DNA of 45,293 nt from a virus (Duplodnaviria > Heunggongvirae > Uroviricota > Caudoviricetes). The stretch is taken from the IMG/VR virus record IMGVR_UViG_2571042653_000011. One strand, 5' to 3'. Below are positions 8,294 to 17,783 of the stretch, in pieces; the stretch's first letter is position 1, and each line of letters starts with the position of its first letter. The position numbers were made by a program, and so were the translations under genes. Below the pieces are notes generated by a model that worked only from the letters and a program-made list of their open reading frames with translations, did no database searches and was not told where the DNA came from.

Positions 8294-8878
8294 GTGGGTA
8301 AAGAACCTGAATGGAAAGTTGATAAACAACCAGCATGGCTGGTGGCAGCAATACGAAGAACGATTGCTGATTTACCTCATGGCTATGAGGAAGCAGCAGA
8401 AATTCTTGGTTTGTATAAATCTGATGATATCACCCCAGCAAAAGATCAATTGCATAACAGACTGCGTAGCGGTGGGGATCAAATTTTTCCACTTGAGTGG
8501 GCCATGGTTTTACAGGATGCCAGTGGTACCAGGCATGTAACAGATGCAATAGCCCGTCGTAGTAATGGGGTGTTTGTGCCGCTGGTGGTCATTGATGACA
8601 TTGACAATGGTGACATTAATCAGCGGCTGATGGAGTCAATAGAATGGATTGGCAAGCATTCCCAGTACTTACGCAAGGCAACTGCTGATGGAGTTATTGA
8701 CCAGGCTGAGCGTGAGCAAATCGAAGAGAACAGCTACCAAGTAATGGCGAAGTGGCAGGAGCATTTAACACTGTTATTTCGTGTTTTTTGTGCGCCGGAA
8801 AAGAGTAACGCCCGCGAGTGTGCAGCTCCGGGCGTCGTGGCGTCGATTGCTTCTGGTTGTGGAGAAACTAACGCATGA
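8294..8878 (+). CDS. CII-like regulatory protein (CP76/YmfL-like, tentative)
   Basis: 194 aa, GTG start with SD TGAGGA; position directly after cro; family assignment is from memory. Confidence 0.4.
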   Translation: MGKEPEWKVDKQPAWLVAAIRRTIADLPHGYEEAAEILGLYKSDDITPAKDQLHNRLRSGGDQIFPLEWAMVLQDASGTRHVTDAIARRSNGVFVPLVVIDDIDNGDINQRLMESIEWIGKHSQYLRKATADGVIDQAEREQIEENSYQVMAKWQEHLTLLFRVFCAPEKSNARECAAPGVVASIASGCGETNA

Positions 8879-9213
8879 ACAGTTTAACAACACACTACCG
8901 TCGCTCGCAACTGATTGCGCTTCCTGTACCGGGTGGAAAAGCGAAGGTGGAGTATTGCTATGCAGTGAATGTACCAGGTGACAGGGAAATTGTAACCCAC
9001 AGCTTTGCAGAGTGGGCTGTGGGTGATTTCAACCGGCAGAAGGAGACAGTCCTTTGCGACAAGTTAACCGCTGGTTCAAAGATCACTACGGAGTGCCCGT
9101 CAGAGTCATTCGTTGGGAGCCGGAAACACAACGGGTTATCTACCTCCGTGAAGGCTATGAACATGAATGCTTCAGTCCGCTCGAACAGTTTCGTCGTAAA
9201 TTCAGGGAAATAG
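8875..9213 (+). CDS. Hypothetical early protein (YmfM-like position)
   Basis: 112 aa; ATG overlaps the upstream stop; C-terminal half is Ser/Thr-rich and overlaps an alternative-frame ORF at 9054-9266. Confidence 0.35.
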   Translation: MNSLTTHYRRSQLIALPVPGGKAKVEYCYAVNVPGDREIVTHSFAEWAVGDFNRQKETVLCDKLTAGSKITTECPSESFVGSRKHNGLSTSVKAMNMNASVRSNSFVVNSGK

Positions 9214-9222
9214 AGGTCGGTC

Positions 9223-10215
9223 ATGAGCCTGTTAATGACATCCCAGCCCATTGTGATAAATCGTGATCTTGCATGCCGTATTGGTCTGAATGAGGCAATT
9301 GTGTTGCAGCAGCTTCATTACTGGCTGAATGAAACGAATTCAGGCACTGAGCATGGCGGAATTCGCTGGGTTTATAACACGACAGAACAGTGGCTGGAGC
9401 AGTTTCCGTTCTGGTCAGAGTCCACTCTGAAACGCACATTTGCAAGCCTGAAATCACTTGGGGTTTTGCGACGCGAGCAACTCAATAAATCGAAGCGTGA
9501 CATGACCAACTTCTACACGATCAACTATGAAAGTGAGCTTTTAGAAGAGGTCAAAGTGAACGAATCCATCAGGTCAAAATGCACTTCTCCATCGGGTCAA
9601 AGTGACCTGATGGATGGGCGCAAAATGACACGATCCATTGGTTCAAAACGACACGCTGTCATCGGGTCAAAATGGCCCAATGATCTTACAGAGAATACAA
9701 CAGAGATTACTACAGAGAATAAAACCTCTTCTCGTCCGGACGCTTCGCAACCGGACACGCAAACGGCTGAACAGGAGTTTTTAACTCGCCATCCTGATGC
9801 GGTTGTATTCAGCCCTAAAAAGCGCCAGTGGGGAACGCAGGATGATTTGACCTGCGCACAGTGGCTCTGGAAAAAAATCATCGCCCTGTACGAGCAGGCC
9901 GCCGAATGTGACGGCGAGGTGGTTCGTCCCAAAGAACCGAACTGGACAGCATGGGCAAACGAAATTCGCCTGATGTGTGTGCAGGATGGTCGTACTCACA
10001 AACAAATCTGCGAGATGTACAGCCGCGTCAGCCGCGATCCGTTCTGGTGCCGTAACGTGCTCAGCCCGTCGAAGTTGCGGGAAAAATGGGATGAGCTTTC
10101 CCTGCGCTTATCGCCGTCCGTCAGCACGCACACAGAAAAACGTGAAGACCCGTACTTCAAAGCCAGTTACGACAACGTGGACTACAGCCAGATCCCGGCA
10201 GGATTCAGGGGGTGA
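9223..10215 (+). CDS. Replication initiation protein (O-like position; N-terminal HTH)
   Basis: 330 aa; N-terminal HTH-like segment (LACRIGLNEAIVLQQLHYW ... LKSLGVLRR); internal iteron array; SD AGAGGT before the ATG. Confidence 0.6.
   Translation: MSLLMTSQPIVINRDLACRIGLNEAIVLQQLHYWLNETNSGTEHGGIRWVYNTTEQWLEQFPFWSESTLKRTFASLKSLGVLRREQLNKSKRDMTNFYTINYESELLEEVKVNESIRSKCTSPSGQSDLMDGRKMTRSIGSKRHAVIGSKWPNDLTENTTEITTENKTSSRPDASQPDTQTAEQEFLTRHPDAVVFSPKKRQWGTQDDLTCAQWLWKKIIALYEQAAECDGEVVRPKEPNWTAWANEIRLMCVQDGRTHKQICEMYSRVSRDPFWCRNVLSPSKLREKWDELSLRLSPSVSTHTEKREDPYFKASYDNVDYSQIPAGFRG
9549..9674. repeat. Iteron array (candidate replication origin) inside the replication gene
   Basis: Direct repeats of the form CATCGGGTCAAARTG at 9567-9581, 9590-9604, 9636-9650 and 9660-9674, with degenerate copies near 9549 and 9613; spacing about 23 bp; followed by an A/T-rich stretch at 9680-9725. 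Confidence 0.55.
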
Positions 10216-10217
10216 TC

Positions 10218-10310
10218 ATGAGTCTGTTAAATGACGTTCAGAAATTCATTGAAGCCCATCCGGGCTGTACTTCCGGAGACATTGCGGATGCTTTTTACGT
10301 GGGGGCTTAA
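10218..10310 (+). CDS. Very small ORF (30 aa) bridging the replication gene and the methyltransferase
   Basis: ATG with SD AGGGGG; its stop overlaps the methyltransferase ATG; could be only a coupling spacer. Confidence 0.2.
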   Translation: MSLLNDVQKFIEAHPGCTSGDIADAFYVGA

Positions 10311-10963
10311 TGAGTAATAAATATTGCCAGGCGCTGGTAGAACTGCGGAACAAACCAGCCCATGAACTGAAGGAAGTGGGCGATCAGTGGCGCACGCCGG
10401 ACAACATTTTCTGGGGAATTAACACCTTGTTTGGTCCGTTTGTTCTGGATCTGTTCACTGACGGTGATAACGCCAAATGTGCCGCGTATTACACGGCGGA
10501 AGACAACGCGCTGGCGCATGACTGGTCAGAACGTCTTGCGGAGCTTAAAGGTGCTGCCTTTGGTAATCCCCCATACAGCCGCGCCAGTCAGCATGAGGGG
10601 CAATACATCACCGGCATGCGTTACATCATGAAACATGCCAGTGCCATGCGTGATAAGGGCGGGCGCTATGTTTTCCTGATCAAAGCTGCCACCAGCGAAG
10701 TGTGGTGGCCGGAAGATGCGGACCATATTGCTTTTATTCGCGGGCGTATTGGTTTTGAACTGCCTGCCTGGTTTATCCCGAAGGATGAGAAGCAGGTGCC
10801 GACAGGCGCTTTCTTCGCTGGTGCTATTGCTGTTTTCGACAAGACCTGGAAGGGACCGGCAATCAGCTACATCGGGCGCGATGAACTTGAGGCATGTGGT
10901 GAGGCGTTTCTGGCGCAGGTTCGCCAGCAGGCAGAAAAACTTGTCAGGGAGATGGCGGCATGA
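10310..10963 (+). CDS. Phage N6-adenine DNA methyltransferase (Dam-like, orphan)
   Basis: 217 aa with catalytic NPPY motif (FGNPPY); no adjacent restriction endonuclease. Confidence 0.8.
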   Translation: MSNKYCQALVELRNKPAHELKEVGDQWRTPDNIFWGINTLFGPFVLDLFTDGDNAKCAAYYTAEDNALAHDWSERLAELKGAAFGNPPYSRASQHEGQYITGMRYIMKHASAMRDKGGRYVFLIKAATSEVWWPEDADHIAFIRGRIGFELPAWFIPKDEKQVPTGAFFAGAIAVFDKTWKGPAISYIGRDELEACGEAFLAQVRQQAEKLVREMAA

Positions 10964-11286
10964 CGACGTTAACTCAATGCCAGCAGCAGGTGCTGGATAT
11001 GCTGATTTCTTACCAGCAAGAGCGTGGCTTTCCGCCAACCAATCAGGAGGTGGCAACCATGCTGGGATACCGTTCGGTGAATGCAGCGGTGGAGCATCTT
11101 CGCGCACTGGAGAAAAAAGGCGTCATCACGATAAAGCGTGGCGTGGCCCGGGGGATAACGCTTCATACCGCAGTGAAGGACGACGACAGCGAAGCGGTCG
11201 GTATCATCCGCGCACTGCTTGCCGGTGAGGAGAACGCCAGGCTGCGTGCAGCCCACTGGTTACATGAGAGGGGCCTGAAAGTATGA
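10960..11286 (+). CDS. LexA N-terminal-domain-like winged-helix DNA-binding protein (no peptidase domain)
   Basis: 108 aa; N-terminus resembles the LexA DNA-binding domain (LTQCQQQVLDMLISYQQERGFPPTNQEVATMLGYRS); start overlaps the upstream stop. Confidence 0.5.
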   Translation: MTTLTQCQQQVLDMLISYQQERGFPPTNQEVATMLGYRSVNAAVEHLRALEKKGVITIKRGVARGITLHTAVKDDDSEAVGIIRALLAGEENARLRAAHWLHERGLKV

Positions 11287-11672
11287 AGTTGATCCTGCCT
11301 TTCCCGCCCAGTGTGAACACGTACTGGCGACACCCCAACAAAGGGGCATTTGCTGGTAAGAGCCTGATAAGCGAGGCGGGGCGAAAATTTCAGAGCGCGG
11401 CGTGCGCAGCAATAGTTGAGCAGTTACGTCGTCTGCCGAAACCAACGTCGGCACCTGCTTCAGTGGAGATCGTGTTGTTTCCTCCGGATAACCGGATCCG
11501 CGATCTGGACAACTATAACAAGGCGCTGTTTGACGCCCTGACCCACGCGGGTGTGTGGGAAGACGACAGACAGGTGAAAAGAATGCTGGTGGAGTGGGGA
11601 CCGGTTATCCCGAAAGGGAAGGTCGAGATCACTATCAGTAAGTATGAGAAACCGGCGGGTGCAGCCGCCTGA
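11283..11672 (+). CDS. rusA: Holliday junction resolvase RusA
   Basis: 129 aa; characteristic RusA motifs (DLDNYNKALFDALT, VWEDDRQV). Confidence 0.85.
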   Translation: MKLILPFPPSVNTYWRHPNKGAFAGKSLISEAGRKFQSAACAAIVEQLRRLPKPTSAPASVEIVLFPPDNRIRDLDNYNKALFDALTHAGVWEDDRQVKRMLVEWGPVIPKGKVEITISKYEKPAGAAA

Positions 11673-11691
11673 TTAAGAGGAGAAACGAAGT

Positions 11692-12501
11692 ATGAATAAT
11701 CTGATGGTCATTGATGGTATTGAAGTTCGTCGTGATGCTTATGGGCGTTACAGCCTGAACGATCTGCATCGCGCAGCAGTAGCATCTGGTGCAAATGCCA
11801 GAACCAAGGAGCCAGGAAAGTTTCTTTCCAGCCAACAAACTGTTGAGCTTGTTCATGAATTGACCAACACCCAGAATTTGGGTGTTGACCCGGTGAGTGT
11901 GATTCATGGGGGAAATGAACGGGGAACGTATGTCTGCAAGGAACTGGTGTATGCCTATGCAATGTGGATCAGCCCGTCATTCCATCTGAAGGTGATCCGT
12001 ACTTTCGACATGGTAACCAGCGCACCGGAAAAATTATCCGGACAGGCTGCTGACAAGATGCAGGCTGGTGTGATTCTGCTGGACTTTATGCGCCGGGAAT
12101 TAAACCTGTCTAACTCTTCAGTGCTTGGTGCCTGTCAGAAACTCCAGGAGGCTGTTGGCTTACCGAATCTGGCACCGCGCTATGCCATTGATGCTCCTGC
12201 TGACGCGCCTGATGGCTCAAGTCGTCCTACGCTGTCGCTGAGTGCACTGCTGAAACAGTATGGTATCCGCCTTACGGCTAATCAGGCATATCACCAGATG
12301 GCGAAGCTGGGGATCGTTGAACAACGCGAACGATACAGCCGTACCGCGATTAACAACATCAAAAAATTCTGGTCGCTGACAGCGAAAGGTTGCATGTTCG
12401 GCAAGAACATCACCAGTCCCGCAAATGCGCGCGAGACGCAGCCGCATTTCTTCGAATCCCGATTCCCTGAGCTGTTAAAGCTGCTCGATACCGTTCATTG
12501 A
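11692..12501 (+). CDS. KilA-N domain protein (antirepressor-like)
   Basis: 269 aa; N-terminal KilA-N-like region; strong SD AGAGGAGA. Confidence 0.6.
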   Translation: MNNLMVIDGIEVRRDAYGRYSLNDLHRAAVASGANARTKEPGKFLSSQQTVELVHELTNTQNLGVDPVSVIHGGNERGTYVCKELVYAYAMWISPSFHLKVIRTFDMVTSAPEKLSGQAADKMQAGVILLDFMRRELNLSNSSVLGACQKLQEAVGLPNLAPRYAIDAPADAPDGSSRPTLSLSALLKQYGIRLTANQAYHQMAKLGIVEQRERYSRTAINNIKKFWSLTAKGCMFGKNITSPANARETQPHFFESRFPELLKLLDTVH

Positions 12502-12502
12502 G

Positions 12503-13498
12503 GTGACCGTGAGAGCACTACTGACCCCTGAAATTGCCCCGCGTATGGGGATCGTATTGTTCAGGCCAGGTTCAGAGCTGATGCCCCTGTTTATGCAGGG
12601 GCGTGTCCTGCTGGAGCCTGAGCCGGAACGTTATTCATCTTTCGCCAGTGGTGCCGTTCCGGCGGCATCACAACCGCTGGCGGATGATCCTGCCGTTCGG
12701 GCCGTGTTCCGCAATGAGGAAGTGATCCGTCGTGCTGGTGGCGTGGAATGTCTTGAAAGCTGGTTACTTCGTGAAAAAGGCTGCCAGTGGCCTCATTCCG
12801 ACTGGCACAGCGAGAACATGACAACAATGCGACACGCGCCGGGCGCAATCCGTCTGTGCTGGCACTGCGATAACCAGCTGCGCGATCAGTTCACGGAACG
12901 GCTGGAATCAATGGCAACGGATAACTGTGCCCGCTGGGTGTTGTCTGTTGTGCGTCGGGATCTCGGTTTTGATGACAGTCACGTTGTGACAATGCCGGAA
13001 CTGTGCTGGTGGCTGATTCGTAATGACCTGGCGGATGCCTTACCGGAAAGTGCAGCCCGTAAGGCACTGAGATTACCGAAGCCTGTTGTGCCGTCTGTCA
13101 CCCGGGAAAGTGACCTTGTGCCTTCGGTTCCTGCCACCAGCATCATCCAGGATAAGGCGAAAAAGGTGCTGGCGCTGAAAGTGGATCCGGAGTCGCCGGA
13201 GTCTTTTATGTTACGCCCAAAACGTCGCCGCTGGGTTAATGAAAAGTACACACGCTGGGTTAAGACACAGCCGTGTGCATGTTGTGGAAAGCCTGCTGAT
13301 GATCCCCACCACCTGATAGGCCACGGTCAGGGGGGAATGGGTACAAAAGCGCATGACCTCTTTGTGTTGCCTTTGTGCAGAAAGCATCACGACGAGCTGC
13401 ATGCGGATACCGTGGCATTTGAAGAGAAGTATGGCTCCCAGCTGGAGCTGATATTTCGTTTTATCGATCGTGCGCTGGCAATTGGCGTGCTGGCCTGA
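12503..13498 (+). CDS. DUF968 (YdfU-like) protein with HNH-like zinc-binding C-terminus
   Basis: 331 aa; C-terminal CACCGK...HHL...H...CRKHHDELH motif; GTG start at 12503 has a weak SD, true start may be downstream. Confidence 0.6.
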   Translation: MTVRALLTPEIAPRMGIVLFRPGSELMPLFMQGRVLLEPEPERYSSFASGAVPAASQPLADDPAVRAVFRNEEVIRRAGGVECLESWLLREKGCQWPHSDWHSENMTTMRHAPGAIRLCWHCDNQLRDQFTERLESMATDNCARWVLSVVRRDLGFDDSHVVTMPELCWWLIRNDLADALPESAARKALRLPKPVVPSVTRESDLVPSVPATSIIQDKAKKVLALKVDPESPESFMLRPKRRRWVNEKYTRWVKTQPCACCGKPADDPHHLIGHGQGGMGTKAHDLFVLPLCRKHHDELHADTVAFEEKYGSQLELIFRFIDRALAIGVLA

Positions 13499-13515
13499 TT
13501 TTGTGGAGAACGTTG

Positions 13516-13881
13516 ATGCGTGATATTCAAATGGTTCTTGAACGTTGGGGGGCATGGGTGGCAAATAATCACGAGGATGTCACCTGGTCGTCTATTGCTG
13601 CAGGATTTAAAGGACTAATCCCTTCAAAAGTAAAATCCCGCCCGCAATGTTGTGACGATGATGCGATGATCATTTGTGGGTGCATGGCTCGCCTGAAAAA
13701 GAACAACAGCGATTTGCACGATTTATTAGTGGATTATTATGTAGGTGGTATGACGTTTATGGCGCTTGCCCGTAAACATGGGCGTTCTGATTGCTGGGTT
13801 GGGCGTTTATTGCAAAAGGCTGAAGGTGTAGTTGATGGCATGTTAATGATGTTAGAAATTGAGCTAGAGATGGATCGTTAG
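13516..13881 (+). CDS. Late-gene antitermination protein Q-like
   Basis: 121 aa from ATG 13516 (GGAGAA upstream); cysteine-rich segment ([16 protein letters not shown]); last gene of the early-right operon before the late region. Confidence 0.55.
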   Translation: MRDIQMVLERWGAWVANNHEDVTWSSIAAGFKGLIPSKVKSRPQCCDDDAMIICGCMARLKKNNSDLHDLLVDYYVGGMTFMALARKHGRSDCWVGRLLQKAEGVVDGMLMMLEIELEMDR

Positions 13882-13965
13882 AAGACCTCTTATTGAGGGG
13901 GTAATTGAATCAGTTTAATGTGTGGGGAGTCGATTTATTCTCCCCATTTTATTTAATTAATTTAC

Positions 13966-14412
13966 TTAAGGTTTTAATTCATCAAGACGTTGTTGGATAG
14001 TGTTTTTGCTTGCGTTGTCTGTTATAGCCATTTGTTGTACTTGCCCCATTGCCATTTGAGTTTCCATCCACATATCGGCCCACACTTTTGTATCGTTATT
14101 AACTTGAGCGATAGTAAATCTGACTTTTGATACCGGGGTTGTTGAATAGGCATTGCCGATTAACATTTGTCCAAAAACAGCAGACCCGCCTTCCAGTTCT
14201 TTACCACATATAACACTGCTGTTATCAGCGTTGTAAATTATCAACCCTCTACTATTGCAGTAATTCACAAGGGCATCTTTGACTTTATCTTTTGTCGTAT
14301 TTTGATAAACCCCCTCAGGTTTTCCTGATTGAGTTTTTTTTATCAATGGTACGGAAGAAGTACAACCTGAAATGATAGTTGCGCTAAGTAATAGTACAGT
14401 CATTTTATTCAT
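13966..14412 (-). CDS. Lipoprotein (moron, unknown function)
   Basis: 148 aa; signal peptide with lipobox LLSATIISGC; opposite strand to flanking genes; AT-rich by eye. Confidence 0.6.
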   Translation of the reverse strand: MNKMTVLLLSATIISGCTSSVPLIKKTQSGKPEGVYQNTTKDKVKDALVNYCNSRGLIIYNADNSSVICGKELEGGSAVFGQMLIGNAYSTTPVSKVRFTIAQVNNDTKVWADMWMETQMAMGQVQQMAITDNASKNTIQQRLDELKP

Positions 14413-14456
14413 GTTTCTTATCCATTGTTAAGGGCATACCTACACAATTATTTTTA

Positions 14457-14485
14457 TTGGAGATGAATAATCAACCGTTTACAAT
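14457..14485 (+). promoter_or_regulatory. Late promoter candidate (PR'-like)
   Basis: TTGGAG, 17-bp spacer, TACAAT; downstream of Q and upstream of the late genes. Confidence 0.35.
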
Positions 14486-14540
14486 CGTAAAAAATCAAAT
14501 ATGCTGTTAAGAGTGGTTACTTCGCCACACAACTTAAACC

Positions 14541-14560
14541 CGCCGCTGAGCGGTTTTTTT
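14541..14560 (+). terminator. Short intrinsic terminator candidate after the late promoter (tR'-like)
   Basis: Short GC stem with TGA loop followed by T7, about 55 nt downstream of the predicted -10. Confidence 0.35.
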
Positions 14561-14658
14561 GTACCTGTAAACTTGGTGCAGTACAGTAAACACGCTGGTG
14601 GTCGTGAATACTGACCTTTTATCTTGCTGGCTTTTTAGACAAGAGTTATTGGTATGTC

Positions 14659-14886
14659 ATGTTAACCAGAAGGGAAAAAGACATGCTAAAACAGCAAGAT
14701 ATGACAGAAACCGCCGCCGCAGTCCTTCATTTCTTACCTGCTGACAAGTGGGTAACGCCACGCATGATGACGAGAACTACCGGAGTAAGCGAAGCCCGGT
14801 GCCAGTTAATACTGACTCAGTTAGTTCTGGCGGGTCTGGCGAAGGATAACGGCGGATACGGGAATAAATTCAGACGCTGCCAGTAA
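14659..14886 (+). CDS. Hypothetical small protein (75 aa)
   Basis: ORF between Q and the methyltransferase; alternative ATG at 14683 has a better SD-like purine run. Confidence 0.4.
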   Translation: MLTRREKDMLKQQDMTETAAAVLHFLPADKWVTPRMMTRTTGVSEARCQLILTQLVLAGLAKDNGGYGNKFRRCQ

Positions 14887-15036
14887 TGGCGGTTTCCTGC
14901 TGTGAAAATGGGCGGCTGGTGGGTGTTGGTAGCACCTGCCAGCCATTCGCTCATGCTTACTGGTCACAAGCGAACCACGGCCCACTGCTTTAGCGCAAAA
15001 GCAGAGTGAGCCTACCAGAGTTACGCTTACTGATCC

Positions 15037-16089
15037 ATGAAAAATACTGTAAAAATAAACAGTGTTGATTTAATCAACGCTGATTGCCTGCATTTTATTC
15101 AGTCCCTGCCTGATGATTCCATTGACCTGATTGTTACCGATCCGCCGTACTTCAAGGTGAAACCCAACGGCTGGGACAATCAGTGGAAAGGGGACGAAGA
15201 TTACCTTAAGTGGCTGGACCACTGTCTGGCCCAGTTCTGGCGGGTGTTAAAACCTGCCGGAAGCCTTTACCTGTTCTGTGGGCATCGCCTGGCATCTGAT
15301 ATTGAGATCATGATGCGTGAACGTTTCAACGTGCTTAACCATATCATCTGGGCGAAGCCGTCCGGACGTTGGAATGGGTGTAATAAAGAAAGTCTGCGCG
15401 CATATTTTCCTGCCACAGAGCGCGTTCTGTTTGCTGAACATTACCAGGGGCCATATCGCGGCAAAAGTGACGGCTATGCGGCAAAAGAAAGGGAACTCAA
15501 ACAGCACATAATGGCACCGCTGATATCGTATTTCAGGGATGCTCGTGCCGAACTGGGTATAACGGCAAAACAAATTGCCGAAGCCACAGGTAAGAAAAAT
15601 ATGGTTTCCCACTGGTTTGGTGCCAGTCAGTGGCAGTTGCCGAATGAGGCTGACTATCGGAAGTTACAGGCACTGTTTTCCCGTATAGCGGCAGAGAAGT
15701 TTCAGGAACAACAACTGGAACAACCACACCACCAGCTGGTGGCATCTTATGATTCACTGAATCGCAAATATTCTGAATTGCTGGATGAGTTTAAATCTCT
15801 CCGGCGCTATTTCTCCGTATCAGTCTCCGTGCCTTATACCGATGTCTGGATGCATAAACCCGTTCAGTTCTACCCGGGTAAACATCCGTGTGAGAAACCG
15901 GCGGATATGCTCAGGCAAATAATCAATGCCAGTAGTCGACCTGGTGATCTGGTTGCTGATTTTTTTATGGGATCCGGTTCCACAATAAAAGCAGCAATGG
16001 CGCTGGGGCGTCGGGCCTTAGGTGTTGAGCTTGAGTCAGAGCGGTTTAACCAGACAGTGAAAGAGATAAACGAGCTGGTGGGGAAATAA
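15037..16089 (+). CDS. DNA methyltransferase, beta class (N6-adenine or N4-cytosine), orphan, in the late region
   Basis: 350 aa; DPPY motif (IVTDPPYF) near the N-terminus and SAM-binding FxGxG (FFMGSGST) near the C-terminus; no cognate nuclease nearby. Confidence 0.8.
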   Translation: MKNTVKINSVDLINADCLHFIQSLPDDSIDLIVTDPPYFKVKPNGWDNQWKGDEDYLKWLDHCLAQFWRVLKPAGSLYLFCGHRLASDIEIMMRERFNVLNHIIWAKPSGRWNGCNKESLRAYFPATERVLFAEHYQGPYRGKSDGYAAKERELKQHIMAPLISYFRDARAELGITAKQIAEATGKKNMVSHWFGASQWQLPNEADYRKLQALFSRIAAEKFQEQQLEQPHHQLVASYDSLNRKYSELLDEFKSLRRYFSVSVSVPYTDVWMHKPVQFYPGKHPCEKPADMLRQIINASSRPGDLVADFFMGSGSTIKAAMALGRRALGVELESERFNQTVKEINELVGK

Positions 16090-16156
16090 TCTGGTGGCCA
16101 CGTCAGGTGGCCTTTTTATTTCCATTACACAGCACCCGCATCTGCGAGGTGGGGTT

Positions 16157-16372
16157 ATGAAATCCATGGATAAGTTAACAACGGGTGTCGCCTATGGCAC
16201 CTCCGCAGGCAGTGCTGGCTACTGGTTTTTACAGTGGCTTGATCAGGTCAGTCCGTCACAGTGGGCTGCGATTGGTGTACTGGGGAGTCTGGTTCTGGGC
16301 TTCCTGACTTATCTGACAAATCTGTACTTCAAAATCAGAGAAGACAAGCGTAAGGCTGCACGGGGAGAGTAA
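16157..16372 (+). CDS. Pinholin (phage 21 S-like class II holin)
   Basis: 71 aa from ATG 16157 with dual-start MKSM motif; two hydrophobic segments; closely resembles the phage 21 S protein as recalled. Confidence 0.8.
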   Translation: MKSMDKLTTGVAYGTSAGSAGYWFLQWLDQVSPSQWAAIGVLGSLVLGFLTYLTNLYFKIREDKRKAARGE

Positions 16373-16376
16373 TTCA

Positions 16377-16928
16377 ATGACTCAAAACTATGAACTGATT
16401 GTGAAAGGGATCCGCAATTTTGAGAATAAAGTTACGGTAACTTTAGCGTTACGGGACAAAAAACGCTTTGACGGTGAAATTTTTGACCTGGACATCTCGC
16501 TGGACCGTGTTGAAGGTGCCGCGCTGGAGTTTTATGAGGCAGCAGCCAGAATGAGCATCAGACAGGTCTTCCTGGATGTTGCTGCCGGGTTATGTGAAGG
16601 GGATGAGCAGTCGCCGGAAAAGCGCCCCGTAATTTTAGAGGCGCAGAATGTATGGATAACCTACAAAGGAAAGCTACCGGGAAGAATTACTGGTTCTCTG
16701 AAGACGCCACCGACGGCATTGCGGTCAGAAAAAGATGATATTGAATCGCCCATTGAAAAACTGGAGGGCAGCGTCGCTGATCTGAATAAAAAATTGTCGG
16801 TGCTGATCCCTTCTGAAGATGAAAAAAAACGCCGCGATGAGCAGTTTGCGGCGTTTTACGATTATTGCATTGAAGTTACTCGCAGGAATTTTGTGAAGAT
16901 TTTTGAGGAGGGTAAATCTCTTCAGTAA
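16377..16928 (+). CDS. Hypothetical protein inserted between holin and endolysin
   Basis: 183 aa; SD GGGGAGAG before the ATG; no family recognised; 3' end overlaps a convergent ORF by 53 nt. Confidence 0.5.
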   Translation: MTQNYELIVKGIRNFENKVTVTLALRDKKRFDGEIFDLDISLDRVEGAALEFYEAAARMSIRQVFLDVAAGLCEGDEQSPEKRPVILEAQNVWITYKGKLPGRITGSLKTPPTALRSEKDDIESPIEKLEGSVADLNKKLSVLIPSEDEKKRRDEQFAAFYDYCIEVTRRNFVKIFEEGKSLQ

Positions 16929-17136
16929 GCTTAATGGCGGACGCTGCAATTAATTCAGGAAGGTCCGCAAGGTCATCTGTCAGTGGATATGATGAAAAAT
17001 CGGCGGCAGTTCTGTTAAGAAGCGCTTTAACTAATTCCTTTTCCTTCTCCGGCAACAAGTTGATTAGAGCTACGACTGCTTGCCTGAGTGCGATTAAATC
17101 AGCAAAAGTTTGTTTTGGTAGATTTGTGTAATCCAT
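16876..17136 (-). CDS. Hypothetical protein, convergent with the inserted gene
   Basis: 86 aa from ATG 17136 with SD AGAGGTGA; acidic and Leu-rich; no family recognised. Confidence 0.35.
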   Translation of the reverse strand: MDYTNLPKQTFADLIALRQAVVALINLLPEKEKELVKALLNRTAADFSSYPLTDDLADLPELIAASAIKLTEEIYPPQKSSQNSCE

Positions 17137-17249
17137 AGTCACCTCTGTGTTTATCAGATTGACATCCTCCTCCCGCCAGTGCCCATCACTGGTGAGGTAA
17201 GATTTAACATATCCGGGGATTTGAAGCCGATAAATCCTGATAAATATCC

Positions 17250-17783
17250 ATGAACGTAAAAATCAGATACAGCCTGTCGGCTGCTGTTCTGGCACTGATT
17301 GCCGCCAGTGCTCCTGCCCCTGACATTCTCGATCAGTTTCTGGATGAAAAAGAGGGGAATCACACCACTGCATACCGCGATGGCTCCGGCATATGGACCA
17401 TCTGTCGGGGAGCAACGATGGTGGACGGTAAACCTGTTATTCCGGGAATGAAACTGTCGAAGGAAAAATGCGCCCAGGTTAACGCCATTGAGCGGGATAA
17501 GGCGCTGGCATGGGTGGAGCGCAATATAAAAGTTCCACTGACCGAGCCACAGAAAGCCGGTATCGCGTCATTCTGTCCCTATAACATTGGCCCTGGTAAG
17601 TGTTTCCCGTCGACGTTTTATAAGCGGCTGAATGCCGGTGATCGTAAGGGTGCATGTGAGGCGATTCGTTGGTGGATAAAAGATGGTGGGCGCGATTGCC
17701 GCATACGTTCAAATAACTGCTATGGGCAAGTTATTCGTCGTGACCAGGAAAGCGCATTAGCCTGTTGGGGGATAGATCAGTGA
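17250..17783 (+). CDS. SAR endolysin (T4-type lysozyme, GH24)
   Basis: 177 aa; N-terminal signal-anchor-release segment ([17 protein letters not shown]); catalytic E...D...T spacing ([18 protein letters not shown]). Confidence 0.85.
   Translation: MNVKIRYSLSAAVLALIAASAPAPDILDQFLDEKEGNHTTAYRDGSGIWTICRGATMVDGKPVIPGMKLSKEKCAQVNAIERDKALAWVERNIKVPLTEPQKAGIASFCPYNIGPGKCFPSTFYKRLNAGDRKGACEAIRWWIKDGGRDCRIRSNNCYGQVIRRDQESALACWGIDQ

Noticed and set aside
10526-11256. Minus-strand and alternative-frame ORFs overlapping the Dam-like, LexA-like and RusA genes
   Set aside because: They overlap well-supported genes with recognisable motifs; low-complexity translations.
14886-15037. Possible tRNA or structured RNA in the 150-bp gap before the late methyltransferase
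   Set aside because: No cloverleaf-compatible stems or conserved T-loop motif found by eye; only a short imperfect hairpin. A tRNA scan could still be run.
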